DNA of 64,000 nt from Prorocentrum cordatum. Its lineage: Eukaryota. The notes under the pieces were generated by a model. It saw nothing but the letters and a program-made list of their open reading frames with translations. It made no database searches and was not told the origin of the DNA. Below are positions 12,973 through 26,300 of this stretch, piece by piece. The stretch lies in assembly GCA_963575745.1 (NCBI GenBank), contig CAUYUJ010000070.1, positions 248,001 through 312,000 of the forward strand, written 5' to 3'. How positions within the stretch are numbered: the first letter of the stretch is position 1; each line of letters starts with the position of its first letter. The position numbers and the translations under genes were made by a program.

Positions 12973-13212
12973 CCGCCGCCGCCGCCGACCGCCGCCGCGC
13001 CGCCGCCGCCGCCGCTGTCCGCCGCCGCCGCCGCCGCCGCCGCGCCCGCCGCCGCCGCCGCCGCCGTCGCCCCCGCTGCCAAATCGCCGCCGCCGCTGCC
13101 GCCGCAGCCGCTGCCCCAACCGCTGCCGCCGCCGCCACCGCCCCCGCCGCCGCCGCCGCCGCCACCGCCGCAGCCGCCGCAGCCGCTGCCCCCGCCGCAG
13201 CCGCCGCCGCCA
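12973..13212 (+). repeat. Imperfect (GCC)n microsatellite
   Basis: Read directly from the sequence. Confidence 0.95.
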
Positions 13213-13524
13213 CCAAGTGTATCCTGTATTGTTTTTTGACAGGGATAGTGGGGGGAGGCCGCATCGGGTTCGCTGCGCATGCTCCGAATTTGGAGGCAGA
13301 GTGATGTGTAGTGTTTTTTGCAAGGGATGGTGGGGGTGGGGGCCCGCATTGACCTAAGTTGGTTCCCAGCCGCCTGGGGGAGGGGGTCTCCACTAATAGG
13401 GAACAGTGATGGAGTCGACTTAGCCAGGTCGAGCGAGTCAGAGGGCCCCGCCGCTTCCCACCCTCCAGCTATATAACCATCAACTGTGGAACAACATGAT
13501 ATGGGGGAAACCGAGAGGTACCGA

Positions 13525-13625
13525 TACCGCTACTCCCCGGGCCTCTCCGGCGGTGCGTTCTGACCAGGATTTCGAGGCGAGTCCAGCGGTGGCGACGAGG
13601 ACCCCCCAGGAGGCCCAACAAAGGG
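13525..13625 (-). repeat. Dispersed ~100-bp repeat (relatives on + at ~48443-48525, ~48838-48897, ~57300-57410, ~60920-61005)
   Basis: Shared CCTCGTCGCCAC...GAAATCCTGGTCAGAACGCACC...GAGAGGTCCAGGGAG.GG.GGCATCGG motif string. Confidence 0.65.
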
Positions 13626-14130
13626 CAAACGGGGAGAGGGTAGAGGGATGGGTACCGTTTCCTCCGAGATCTTGCGATTTGGGCGCGTTCCCACCCCCCA
13701 AACCGAAGGGTCGCTCGCCTGCGGCCCCGCTTCCGACGACTCTGGCGAAGAGGAAGCTACGCAGGCCGCGCACAGGTCGGAGCGGCAAAATTGCCCATGG
13801 GCGAGGCGAAGAACGAAACATGCCACGATGGTGTTAAGGGTTCCAACGGGGCCATAAACGGCCCCATGTGGAATCCTTTTTTTCTTCACCCCCCATTTAG
13901 GTCCCCCCCTCTTTAAAACCCCCCCTCTTTCAAAACACCCACCCGAGCATGCGCCGTGCTGACACGACACCGTCACGTTCATTCACCAGCTGCGCGTCGC
14001 GCTCTGGCAAGGTCGGCGTCGCGCTCTGGCACGTCCGCTCGCTCACGTCGCGCTCTGGCAAAGGTCGGCGGCTCGCCCGCTTGCGCGCGGCCCGCCTGCC
14101 GCTGCCGTCTGCATGCGCTCCCGCGAACGA

Positions 14131-14323
14131 TGACGAGCCAACAACACACACCCATACCCATAGGGGGATCGGAGAGGGCGACGGGTGCGTGTTGTCGGAT
14201 GGGGGTCCCCGCTCGAACGGGAGCCTTCCCCAGGGCCCGACAGACCCGCACCCATACCGCTAGCCCGTCCTCCTCCCAACGACCCCCCCTATGGGTATAT
14301 GGGTGTGTGTTGTCCGTCCGTCA
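14131..14323. mobile_element. MITE family B (193 bp), 5-bp TSD AACGA
   Basis: TIR TGACGAGCCAACAACACACACCCATACCCATAGGGGG / CCCCCTATGGGTATATGGGTGTGTGTTGTCCGTCCGTCA. AACGA on both sides. Confidence 0.9.
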
Positions 14324-14596
14324 AACGAACCACGTGCCGCGCCCCCGCTGGAACGCCTTCTTTTCGGACCGAAGTGCGCGCGGAACCTCCTCCTCCTCCT
14401 CCTCCTCCTCCTCCTCCTCGAGTCGCCCCCTCGCGCGGGCCTCAAGACCCTGGCGGGTGGCACGCGTGCGGCGCGTCAGGGGCGGGAAGGCCGCCCCCTC
14501 CGGCGGCAGCTGCGCAGCACCGGGGCGAGAGAGCGACCCTCTTCGGGGGTGGGCAGGCCTCCTACCCTGACGCGTCGGTGATGGACAGACCTCCTA

Positions 14597-14779
14597 CTCC
14601 AGATTTCGTAATAAAAGGGAGGGGGTCTGGACCCTCCAAGACAAGCCACTTCAGACCCCCCCCGTGGGAGAGCCCTCCAAAGCATCGTCCCCAGACCCCC
14701 CCAGGCCCTCCAAGATAGCCTGGAAGAGACCCCCCCCCCCCGAAATGAGACCCCCCTCCTTTTATTACGAAATCTGCAG
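14597..14779. mobile_element. Tc1/mariner-type MITE (183 bp, TA TSD) nested in a family F copy (~14575-14905)
   Basis: TA|CTCCAGATTTCGTAATAAAAGGGAGGGGG ... CCCCCTCCTTTTATTACGAAATCTGCAG|TA. Confidence 0.85.
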
Positions 14780-15490
14780 TACCCTGACACGTTGATTGAG
14801 GAATCGGCCGTTTCCGGTTCGCGAGAGGGCGTCGCGGCCGTCATCTGTGCGGGTCCAGGTCCGTCGGTTTCGGCCCCAGGCCGCTTTCATTAAGGGGAGG
14901 TCTGCGAAAGGGAGTAGTGTCCACCGCCGAACTCTGTCGTCCGTGCGCGCATCGGCGAGGATGCGTGCGGTGAGCGCGCGCCGTGCCCCTGCGGGAGTTC
15001 AGTTCTCCAGACGAATGAGTGCGGCACGCCGGAGCGAAATCTACGTGTCGGCGTTTCGCGCGGGATGTGTGCCACGGCCCGCTCTTGCCACGCGTTCGGC
15101 AGCATGGACGGCGGAATGCGCATGCCGAGGTTCGGGAGTGTGTTCCAATAGGGCAAAAGAATGGGGCATAGTAGAGTTTGTGTTTGTTCGCTGACATTTG
15201 TTTTTCAAAAAACCATGATAGGTCGAGAAGAGTAGAGTTGGTGCTTGGCTTCGACGGCAACACCGTGGTTAGTAGCATCACGAGCAGTGCGGGACCCGAT
15301 GGAGTCGGCTGAAAGACAGCCAAACCGAGTGCCAGGACATGGAGGGGTAAGACGAGAAATGATAATGATCAGAGACAGGAATCTCGCGAAGTCGCCTTGC
15401 GGCAAGACTCGTGCCCCCTGTCCGAGAGCGGGGATGGCCTCTGGCACGGACGCATCCAGACGTCTTCGAATACTTCACAACAGAAACAAC

Positions 15491-15654
15491 TCAGGAGGAA
15501 AAAAACACACACAGACACAATTAATCGTCGATCCCCCAGAAAATATTGGAAAATATGGGAAGTGGGGGGGAAGACAGAAACCCCAAAAATATTGAAAAAT
15601 ATAGGGAACCCTTCTATTTGTGTGTATTTATTCGTGTGTCCTGGGACCCCTTCA
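15491..15654 (+). mobile_element. MITE family A, copy 2 (164 bp)
   Basis: TCAGGAGG...CCCCTTCA. TSD not preserved (ACAAC/AACAC). Confidence 0.85.
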
Positions 15655-17744
15655 AACACACATTGCTGAGCAGTGGGAGGTGGTGTGATGAGCGGAGTGG
15701 AAGGGCAGAGCCCTCCAGCGCTCCCGCGTGAGAAGGGCCCTTCGTGGATATGTTGAATCCTTCGGCGAGGGGGCTCCGTCCATATCATGGCATCGCTCGG
15801 ACGTGTGCATTTTTCCTTTTGCGAGGACCATCGAGGAGCATCCTTGATCATTTGGCGAAAAAAAAAAACCACGCACGAAACCGAAAAAAAACACAGGGAA
15901 TGGACGTCCGAGCGATGGCCAGATACCCCCCCGCCCCCCCCTTCGAAGGCTGACTTGGACCCTCGCAAGTTTTTCTCTCGTCGGGGGCTCGCCCTGCGAG
16001 GGTATGACAGGCCACCCTCCCTACGAGGGCTGGCCTGGACCCCTCGCTTCCTGCCCTCTTTCCAAAGACTCGCCACGCGAAGGAATTACCTGGGCGTTAA
16101 CTTTGGGCGAGGGAGGGGGAATAGCAACTAGCCTGAAATCCGACTGTCACAGGCGTGCCGAAAACATCGCATACAGTTGTCCATGTCTACTAGCACGCGT
16201 TGTACCCTCTTCGCGTAGTGAGGATTGCGGCATGTGCACAGATATGTCCAACCCTGGTGAGCCGCACTAGCGGGGATGGGTGACGCACTGGGCAGCGAGT
16301 TGCTTTATCGATTCCCTTGACATGAAGATCCTACAGCGTACGCATATGACCAGCATTGAACCACTAGTGCAGTCAAAAGTGACGGTACGATCCTCTAGGG
16401 TTTATGGCTTAGCCGAGTGGAGTTTCGAATCACCCAGTGGGAGGCATGTTTTTCGACCTCCTACTCCGCAGACATTGGGCGCATCTCCAAATACCAGACC
16501 GCCGCTCCCGGCAGTGGGTCGCTGGAGGCTCAATGGGCACATGGGGAAGGATGAGGAGCATAACTGACACCTTCAATCGGGAGCTTCGGCCACAACGGCA
16601 ACGTATTGGAAGCACGATTACAGAAGGCTCTGGCCATGGGAATGTGGCCATCGACCTCCTTCAGAAAGAGAGAGAGAGAGAGAGAGAGCGCGAGGCCCAG
16701 GCGGACGGTTCTCGCCAGCCAACGCGCGGCTACAGCCGCACCCACGGGGGGCACGCGCTCCACCTTAGGGATGCAGACCCCCTAGCCGAAGATGATGATG
16801 TCGACGACATCAGCCGAGCTCGCAGACGGGCTTACCCGTGCAGACCGCGATGCGCCAGGAGGGGGGCGGCACGGCGCCCGCTTCTCCCATGCCCGCCCCA
16901 CCCTGCCAGTGAGCCGCCGCCGCCGCGAACGGCGCGCTCCGCCCTGGCCAGCTCCTCGTCTGTCTGGGCCTCGGCTCGGCCCCGAGCGACACGAGCACGC
17001 TCGACGCGCCAGTCGATGCGGTCCTCGCGCGCCGTGTCCTCTGCGGGCTCCGCACCGACCACTGCAGGCGAGGCAGCAGGCGCCCCGGCAGCAGTCGGAG
17101 CCGCTCCGGGACCCAGCGCAGCCAGAGGCGGCCGCGCTCGGCCGCGGCAGCGCCACAAGGGGCACGCACCACGGCCGGAGCATCCTCGGCCCAGCTGTCG
17201 TCGGGAAGCATTGCACCGCCACTACCGCCGCCGCCTCCACCATCGTCGACCGCCATCCCACCATGGAGCGTTACCTCCATCAGTCCCATGTCGTGCCGAG
17301 CGCGGCGGCGGCGGCGCCGCCGCGGAGTGGGGCGCAGCACCGGCGGGCGCCTCGGGCGCCGCGTGCACGGCGGGTGCGGCCCAGGGCACCTCCACGGGCG
17401 GCGATGGCACTGCGGCAGCACGGCGCCGCGAGGCCTCCAGCTCCACGACGGCCGCCGTGCACAAGCCCTCAGCGGCGCGAAGCATCCGGCATGCAGATGA
17501 TGCGCCGCGGGCCAGCCCCGCCGCCGAGAGCGCCGCCAGGGTCGCCCCGCGGGCGGCAGCAATCGGGGCAAGGATGTCCGATACCCGCGCGGTTCGGCCC
17601 GTGGCGAGCCGCGCGGGCCAGCGGCACCAAGCTTTTGAGCAAGGATGGTGCTCCTCGACCTCCTTCAGAGCAGCGGGGTCCGACGGGTGGAGCTGGAGCC
17701 CATTCTTTGCCCCCCCCCCCGACGGCACTCGGACTGCCTGCCAG

Positions 17745-18060
17745 TAGGGTAGGGTCGGGTAGAGCAGAGTAGCGTGGAGTAGAGTGGGGCAGATGGTGTG
17801 TTCGAGTGGAGTGGAGTGGGGTAGCGCTTGGTAGAACAGAGTAGAGTCGGGCAGAGAAGGGTGGAGCATGATAGAGCAGACAACAATGTAGAGCAGGGTA
17901 GAGTGGAGTAACGTAGAGTAGACCAGAGCAGGGTAGAGTACAGTCATGTAGAGACGATTAGCGTAGAGCAGAGTGGAGTACAGCTTGGCAGCATAGAGTA
18001 TAGATAGTAGCGCAGGCTCTGATAGAGTACAGTCGGGTAGGGTAGGGCAGGGTCAAGTTA
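17745..18060 (+). repeat. Degenerate (AGTAG/AGCAG)n pentamer satellite; second block ~18890-19195
   Basis: Read directly from the sequence. Confidence 0.85.
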
Positions 18061-19729
18061 GCCAGCTCGAACGAGCCAGAGGGCTCCGTCCACTCCCTCC
18101 CGCCCCCCCACAAGATAAGAAGCAAGTGCGTCGCGTCCGACGCCTGTCGCTCATCTTATATCGTGGGCGGCTAGACGTTCAGCGCGCGACATGAGCTGCG
18201 TCCCATTCCTGCCGCGTAATGAGTAACGTCGACGAGAAACAAGACCGCGCGCGATGTACGCCGCGCCCCGCTTCGGCCTCTCATGTTGCATCGTCGTTGA
18301 CAACATGTCCAGCGCGTGAAGTGCGGCGAACCGCACTTGTTTGAGGCATTATGATTTGCCGCCGGCCCGGCTCCTCAACCCGACGGGCCGCAGCGTCGAC
18401 GAAAAGAAAGTTCATGTTGACGAACACGCGTCCCCGCCCGATGCGCGCCGCGTCCCATTCCCGCTACGCGATTCGCAGCGCCGACGAGGAGAAAGTACAT
18501 GTTGGCAAGGAAAACGTCGACGTCGCGGTGTTTTTTTGACAGGTAGGTCGGGGGGTCCCGCATAGGGTTGGCCAGGCGTCCGCGCGCGATGTGCGCCGCG
18601 TCCCATTCGTGGTACACTTCTCGCATCGCCGACGACAAGAAAGTCAATGTTGACGAGAAGCACGTTGACTGTGTCTTGTTTTTGTTCAAGGGTAGGACGC
18701 GACCGCCTGTTTAGGGCTACCCGAGCGATGTGCATTCCGTCATTTTTCTGCTACACTTGTCGCAAGTCGACGACACGTTGGCGAGAACAATGGAGTTTGT
18801 ACTGTTTGTTGCCAGTTCGGACGGCCGGGCTGCTATCGGTCAGCTCGGCGGAGATGTGGGGGCGTTTAATCATAAGAAGTAAGAATCGAGTGCAGTAGAG
18901 GAAGGTAGAGCAGGGCAGAGTAGAGTAGAGCAGGGTAGATGTTAGAGCTTAGTCGGCTATGACAGAGCAGGGTGGGGGTGAGTTGAGTACGCTAGAGTAG
19001 CGTAGAGTACAGTATAGTAACGTCCAGTGGAATAGGGTAGGGTAGAGTCGAGTGGCGTAGCGTAACGTAGAGTAAAGTCTTGTAGAGTAGGTAGGGTATC
19101 GAGGAATAGAGTCGAGTCGAGTAGAGTAGCGTATGGTAGAGTCGAGTACAATAGAATAAAACAAATAAGCCCTGTAGGGTAGGGTTCAGTATGCTTTGGG
19201 GGAATGCGCATTTGCTCCTATTGTAGTTCCTTTTCCTGCTCTGCTACCTCTCCCTCATCCTCCTGCCCCTCCTCCACTTCCTCCGCCTCAACAGGCGGCG
19301 GACATTCACGCGAAGGCGCCTTACAAGTATCCTATTTTCTACGTGCGCGTTGGCTTTTAGGGGCTGTTCTAAGATTCGATCGATCTGAGGATGCGCCGAT
19401 GCGCCGATGCTTGCTAGAAGCATCGCTCGATACCACGACGCACTTGTTCTCAGGGCTGTTTTTCTGCTGCGCTGCTGGGGGCCAGCTCGATCGGTTCGAA
19501 CATTCAGGCGAGCCGACCGGTTTGCGACTACGCGCGGCCTTTTGACAGACGCGTTATTTTCTCTCATCCTTTTGCGGAGGAGCAGCAGCATCACCACCCT
19601 CATTTGCTCGATGGAGGGTCACGAAGAACAAGAGAAGCCATAAACATCTGAGGAGGAAAAGGGGGAGGGAGGAGGAGGAGGAGGAGGACGAGGATGATAA
19701 CTAGGAAAAAGAGGAGGAGGAGGAGGAGA

Positions 19730-19760
<31 letters not shown>

Positions 19761-20251
19761 GGCATGGAGGAAGAAACGTGAGGGAAAGGAGAATAGGAGG
19801 AGGGCGGGGAGGTACGGAGTGGAGGAGGGGAGAACGAAGGGGAGCAGTAGAAGCAAGAGGATGAGAGAAGGCTGGGGTCTTTTCCTCCGCCTTGCAGAAT
19901 CCGGCATCCCCCCCTCCTCCGACGCCCCTATCCCTTCGCCTTTGCCCCAAGGCCCTCCCCTCGCCCCCCCCCTCGCCCCCCCGCCTCGTGCCCCTGTCGC
20001 CCTCCCCCTCCCCCCCCATCGGCCCTCCCCCCCCTTCCCTCGCCCTCCCCCTCCTCCCCCCTTTCGCCCTCCCCACCCCCCTTCTCGTCTCCCCCTCGGC
20101 CCCCCCCCCGTCCTCCGACGCCCCCCCTCTCCCGCAGGCCTCCCGCCGGAGCCGCTCCGGACGCCACGGCGGGCGGCGGCTCGTGGTGCGAGCCCTGACA
20201 GGCCAGCCCGCGCGCGGGGAGGACGTGGTGGCGGACGGAGGACGGGGAGGA

Positions 20252-20412
20252 TCAGGAGGGAAAAACCACACAGCCACACTTAATCGTCGATCCCCTGGAA
20301 ATTATGGGAAAATATGGGGGGTGGGGGGGAGACAAAAACACAGAACATGTGAGGAAAGATTGGGAATCCTGTTCTTTGTGGTTACTTGTTTGCGTGTCCC
20401 AGGGCCCCTTCA
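20252..20412 (+). mobile_element. MITE family A, copy 3 (161 bp), TSD GAGGA
   Basis: GAGGA|TCAGG...CTTCA|GAGGA. Confidence 0.9.
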
Positions 20413-21569
20413 GAGGAGGACCGCACGAGAAGGCTCGGGGTGCCGATCGCATTCCTGTTCTCTTCCCGCAGAGCCGCGGGTCAGACGCGCCCGCCCTCCC
20501 AGTCCTCTCGACGGGAGGGAGGCGCTCGCTCGCCTGCCCGTCGCGCGGGCCAGGAAGCGGTTCTGGTCGGCGCGGCGAGGGAGGTGACTGCGGCCCGCCT
20601 CGGTTGCGCGCGAGAGGAGGAGGACAGCACAACCCGCCCCGCCCCAAGCCAGGACCCCCACTCCCGACCAAGTGATCTAGGGGTCCTGGCTGTGGCTAGG
20701 AGCGTTTGGGGGGGGGGTTCTCGGTTGTCCAAAAAAAGATGTGCCCGCGCCGCTAGCCAGGGCCCTTGCATCACCAGGTCGGAAAGGGGGGTCCGGGTTG
20801 GGGGTCGGGCTGGGTTGCGCTGCCCTCAGAGGAGGAGAAACAAGCTTGGCGCGCCCAGGCCATGGCTGACGCGTTCGCCCCTTCTTCCCCAGAGGCAATG
20901 GCAGTTGGCCTTGGGGGGTCCTCGTCGCCGCAGCTGGACGCAATTGGGTGGACTAGCGCGTCTGGACCCCGGGAGGAGCCCAGGAACCGATGTTGAGTTG
21001 CCGTTGTCTCAACTCGCTCCGACCACCCATCTTTCCTCATGGCGCGATGTGTTATGTCCGCCGATTGGGATGGGTGACGAAAGTGCCCGCCGACCCGTCA
21101 TGTCGGCACGCGTGAACCAACGTGTTCTCGGTGGCGTTGGTTTTTGTTTGTGTCATGATTTAGTCACACCCTCCCATCGTTCCGATCCGCGATCGTTAGA
21201 GTGAGGGAGCCGAGCGGTATTAGGTAAGTCATGGCTGCGATGCTGTACTGGACAACCGCGGTGACTTTTTTCCAGGGCGTAGCACCCCGCAGGCGCGGCT
21301 AAGAGTGACGGCGGGGTCGCCGGCAGTTTGCGAGGCTTTGAAGAATCCCGCCGCGGGTGCCAATGTTTTCCCAAGCAATGAGGGTGGATCGCGGCTGGGT
21401 CGCGGGGAGGGTCGCGGGCGGGTCGCATGCGAAGACGACGGCACCAACAATAATTCAGAAACGGTTCGTTTTAATATGTTCGCGTGTCGTTCAACTTCAA
21501 ATTGTATATCCCAAACCTTCGAACCCGCCCCTTCTTTTTCGATCGTGCCCCCCTTTGGATTTTTGTCTG

Positions 21570-21857
21570 ACGCGTGTAGTTGGCGCAGCATCTAAACAGG
21601 TGAAAGGGGGATAGCGAGCAATATCGTGATGGAACGCGATGCGCAGGAGGGGTTCGGAGCAGGAACGCAAGCGGCAGTACTTGCAGGGCGGGTCGGACGG
21701 GTGGACCCTAACGGGCGGGTCGGTTGGGCGTGCCCAGACGGTTGGGTCAAGCGGGCGGGCCGATAAAGCACCAATCCAACATGAATTGCGAGGAAGTTTC
21801 GAACGACAGTTCGATTACCAATTAAATCGTTCGGACATGCACAGCGAGCGCGTCATT

Positions 21858-21888
<31 letters not shown>

Positions 21889-22745
21889 CTTGGCGGCGCG
21901 GCGATTGAATGAAGAGAGGGGCTGCCACGCGAGAGTTCGAATCTAGTATAAATAGTGAGGACGTCCCATGCGACAGCGCGATTGTCCATACATCGTGGAA
22001 AAGCATCAAGCGGGAGCCGCTGCTTTCGTGGGGCACGCAAATCTGAAGCGCCAGATTTCCCTTTGTGAAAACAGGGCGCGGACTCCGGGAGGAACATTTC
22101 AATGTTGAAACGCTGGGCACCTTGGGGGGTCAACCAACAGTTTTTTAAGATCAAAGGGCAATTGTGTTCAGGCTGTTCGTTCTTGGTTGCTCGTGTGTCA
22201 TTCGACTTTTCATTGCAAGCCACGCGTAGTTGGCGCAGCGCTTAGAACAAGGGAAGCGAGAAGAGAAACGACACGGGGGAGAGAGCAAGAGGGGGGCTGG
22301 AGCGGAAAACAGCCGGTATAACCAGATTGGCGGATTTGGGCTGGCGGACCCTTATGGGCGGATCGGGCGGGCGGGCCCAGACGGCAGGGTCTAGCGGGCA
22401 GGTCCTTGAAGTGCCAGTTCAGCGCGAATTGCAAGGACGTCTCGGGCGAATGCGGGGTTCCCAAGCGAGGACGGATTATTCCTGAGTGTCGGGGGCGCGT
22501 CGTCTCAATATGTTGGGAGGACGTACCATGCGAGAACGCGATGCTTGGATACATTGTGACCCAGTCCTGCGCGAGAGCGCGATTTCTCAAGACACCGTGA
22601 GGAAATATCAAGCGGAAGCCGCTGTTGTTGTACGTCGGGGATCAGGGGCACAGTTCGAGCTTTAGAAGTTCCCTGATCAATGATAGGGTGCGAGCTCCCC
22701 TGGGAGACACACTGGGCACCAAGGAGGAGGGATCAACAGGTATCA
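21570..22745 (+). repeat. Old, diverged tandem duplication (~21570-22140 vs ~22222-22745)
   Basis: Colinear shared blocks GTAGTTGGCGCAGC, GAATTGC(G/A)AGGA, GAGGACGT(C/A)CCATGCGA, ATCAAGCGG(G/A)AGCCGCTG and CTGGGCACC. Confidence 0.7.
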
Positions 22746-22884
22746 TTTTCCAGGAGTGAGAGCTCAACACAGCGGCAACAACCCGACCACGCAACACCAG
22801 TCCGCACCGCGGGACCCCACTTCATGAACGCGCCCAGGGACAGTCAATGACCCTTTGGCCCCCTCACTCTGATGTTTGTTTCTT

Positions 22885-23044
22885 TCAGGAGGGAAAGAAA
22901 CACACAGACACAATTAATCCTCGATCCCCCCCAACAAATAGGAAAATATGGGAAGTGGGGGGAAGACAGAAACTTAGAAAATATGGGAATATGGGGCTTC
23001 TTTTTATTTGTGTGTATTTATTTGTCTGTTTGTGGGCCCCTTCA
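22885..23044 (+). mobile_element. MITE family A, copy 4 (160 bp), TSD TTCTT
   Basis: TTCTT|TCAGG...CTTCA|TTCTT. It accounts for part of the false N-terminus of the 1691-aa ORF. Confidence 0.9.
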
Positions 23045-23332
23045 TTCTTCACTGCTGCTGTCCTCGCCCCGGCTCCTTCCGCCCGCGACCCGCCGCGCGA
23101 CCCCACCCCCCGGCCCGCCTGCGCCCCCCCCCCGCGACCACCCGCAGCCCGCCATTCCTCTCGCCGACCGCTGGGGCTCCCTGGCGCGCGCGGTGCATCT
23201 CCTCCTCCTCCTCCCCCTCCGCCTCCTCCTCCTCCTCCTCCAGCCGCCGCTCTGGCACACAGGAGCGACGGGCGGCAGGGGGAGGCAGGCCAAGAGGCCT
23301 CCCGCTGGGCACCAGGCGGGCGAGTGCGCGCA

Positions 23333-26300
23333 ATGGTGCGGCCCCTGGGCCAATGGGCGCTGCGTGTACTCGGGTTCAACCCGCTGTGCGCCACGGGCAC
23401 CAGGATGCAGGAGATTGTTCAGAGCTGTGCGAACATGGATCTGGTATTGTTGGCAGGCACCCAGAGGAGTCATCGCAGAGTAGAAGAGGTGCTGACCACT
23501 CGAGTACAGCACCGGCTCATATTGGAAGCTGAAGCGACAACATCGCAGTTTTCTAACAAGTCCACAGGATGTGCGATCATATTAGGCAGCAAGTTTAGTG
23601 AGAAGCATGTGAGACAAGTGTGGGCTAGTCCACCTGAGGCGGGAGGGAGGGCGGTCGCGGCTCGTATTCGTCGAGGTCCTCTGGACTTAGCGGCAGTGGC
23701 AATGTACCTACCGCCCCAACCGAAGTATGCAGCGGAACAGCCCCAGTATATGGCCACGGTGAAGCTGATTGGATCATGGTACGAAAACATACTTCAGAGC
23801 CTACCGTGTCGATGCATACCGCTGGTGTACGTAGACCTCAACGACGGCCAGGGGATCTCACGAATATCGGGCAAGTGGACGAGTATCGAGTCGACGGCGG
23901 TGGGCGAAGGAAGGTGCAGAGAACAACGCAGAGGAGGAGCTGGTGAAGTATTCAGGCTCATCAATCAACGACAGCACATGTTCGCGATGAATACGATGAA
24001 GAACAAGTTGGAGCACACATGGTACGGCGCGAAGGGTGTAAGCAGTTGTATAGATTATCTTTTCCTCCCGACTGGAATGATTGATATGGTTTCAAGATGT
24101 TCCCCGTTATTTGGATTGGGTGCAGAATTACAGGCCTATCGAGGGCCACCACCACGGGACCACGTCCCCTTGTATGTCGAGTTGCAGGGTATGCAGCCGC
24201 TGGAACGGGAAGCAAACTCGACGGAGACAAGAACGCGCTGGAATCTCGATGATATGATGAGGTGCCTAAGAAAAGGACATCGGAGGGGTGAGTTTCTTTC
24301 GGCGGTAGAGGCTTCGTTGAATGAGAGCGAGGACACGTGGAGGGCTATGCTGTCCATGGGCCGACCTGACGAGATCTTCAAACACATGGAGGACACCCTC
24401 GTGAAGGTTGGACAGCAGCACTTCGGTCACCACGTGTCCAGCGATCTTTTGCATCGGCAGGAGGCATCAGAGCGGGCCGAACTTCTTCGGGAGCGAGCTC
24501 GCCTCCGCAGATCGAGAGTGGGTATGAACGAGGAGGATGAAGCACTGGCAGAATGTGAATCGAGATTGGCGCAGCTAAGTCAGAAGCTACGACGTCGGCG
24601 GCAGCATTTTGCTCGAGTCCGACAGCAGGGCCTACTCGAGGAGATCGAGGAGGCCTGGGGACGACGTCACATGGCCGAAGCGATGCGGCTATCACGGGCA
24701 GCAGCTCATTGTCGTTATGGTCCAAAGCGTCGAGACGGCAGGCTGCTCCGTGGAGGTCATCTTACTTCAGAGGTGTTGATCAATCATTGGTCGCAGGCAG
24801 GCTGTGAAGGTGGAATGTCAGCATCTGTGATTCCAGACTATGAGGAATGGTTGGGGTCTTTTCCTCCTGGCCCCATACCTTATATTTCGGCAGAAGATTG
24901 TATATTGGCAGAGGAAGACAAGCAGCGGGTGACCAAGTATTTCCGCTCGGCCACGAAGCGTCGAGCAGTGCCGACGGGCACGACACCAGCTGAACTATGG
25001 CTCCTTTGCCTACGGCCGATGGCAAATATTAGCACAGAGGGGCAGTGTTTGGGCTTCCAGCAGGAGTTTCCAGAGATGAACTTGTTCGGGAAAATCTTGG
25101 AAGGGGGACTCCGCGTGATCAGGGCAACGAATAGGACACCGATGAGATGGCACTGTAGTTCGGGGGCACACTTACGAAAAAACGCGAAGCCAGGACCCTC
25201 GGGAAGGAGAACGGTTCACGTTTTGTCCACGTTCGGGAAGGCTTTCTACTCGGATCTGCTGTGTGCGCCCCCGATGTTGATCGAGCATGGGTTTTGCCGT
25301 GGCCGTAGAAGAGAGGATGCCATTCTAGTAGTGCAGCTTCTCAGTTGGCGGCTCCGTCGAGCGGGGCATAGTTTCGCATGCACGTATAAGGACATGACGA
25401 ATGCGTTTGCGTGCGGGTCCTGGGAGGAGTTGACTAACACGGTAAACTTACACGCGGCCCCCGAGAACATAGACTTATGCATTCAGCGCTTTAAAAGTAG
25501 TGTGGTACGACTGGAGTCTCTGGAAGGGGGGGTCTACTTGAAGTCGGGCGAGGGTGGCACGATGGGGGGCCCGTACGTAGTTGCACTTTTCAGAGGCACG
25601 TTCTCTAGGCCAATCATGAAGTGGCTCTGGCGGCTCCGTCAGATCGACCCTCATGCGAAGGAGTTGATCGCGCATTGGAAAGAGCTCAGGGCGGATGTCG
25701 GCACGAGCGTGTACGCCGACGACTTTTTCAGAGCCCATGTTGCCGCCAATTTTTCCACGGTGGGAGAGTTTCTTTCGGTCCTCAGGGAGGCGGATGAGGC
25801 GCTTTCGGAGGAGTTGCAGGAGTACGGGTATGCCCAGAATGTTTCGAAACAGGAGCTGCAACTATGTTTCCAGGGACCAGGGGCGGTGAAATGTCGGCAG
25901 TGGGTGCGGGGGGCGGGACGTTCGAGCATCTCGGGAGAAGTTCAGGAGGACGTTCGGTATTTGGGACCTAGAATTAATCTGCAGCAAACGGCATGTATAG
26001 AAGTTCGTCGTCGGATCCAGGCTACAGCGGAGGCCTACTATTCGCTCGGCCAGGTATGGAGTTTATCAGTACCGTTCCGCTGGAAGCGGACTCTATTTCT
26101 CAGTTTTGTTCAGAATGCTGCGCTGACGGGTCTGGAGCCAATGCTGTTGACCGCCAAACATTATCGAGAACTGGACGCACTTATAGCGAGATATGGGAGG
26201 AGGGCGATGCAGGGGAAGGCGGTGATCAGCAAGGAGGAGGGGAAGATGAGGACGCTCACAAACAAACAGGTCATGCAGCATTGGCGTCTAGCAAGTTCTG

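Noticed and set aside
16780..17750. Long overlapping Ala/Arg-rich ORFs
   Set aside because: Extreme GC keeps all frames open and no motif is recognisable. It may be decayed TE sequence but cannot be supported.
22847..23332. First 162 aa of the 1691-aa ORF
   Set aside because: It is chance read-through of a family A MITE and a (CCT)n tract. The APE motifs begin only after ATG 23333.
23290..23360. Complete HDV-like ribozyme
   Set aside because: P3/L3-like and CNRA-like bits are present, but no consistent P1 and P2 pairing was found by hand. Kept only as a low-level hypothesis.
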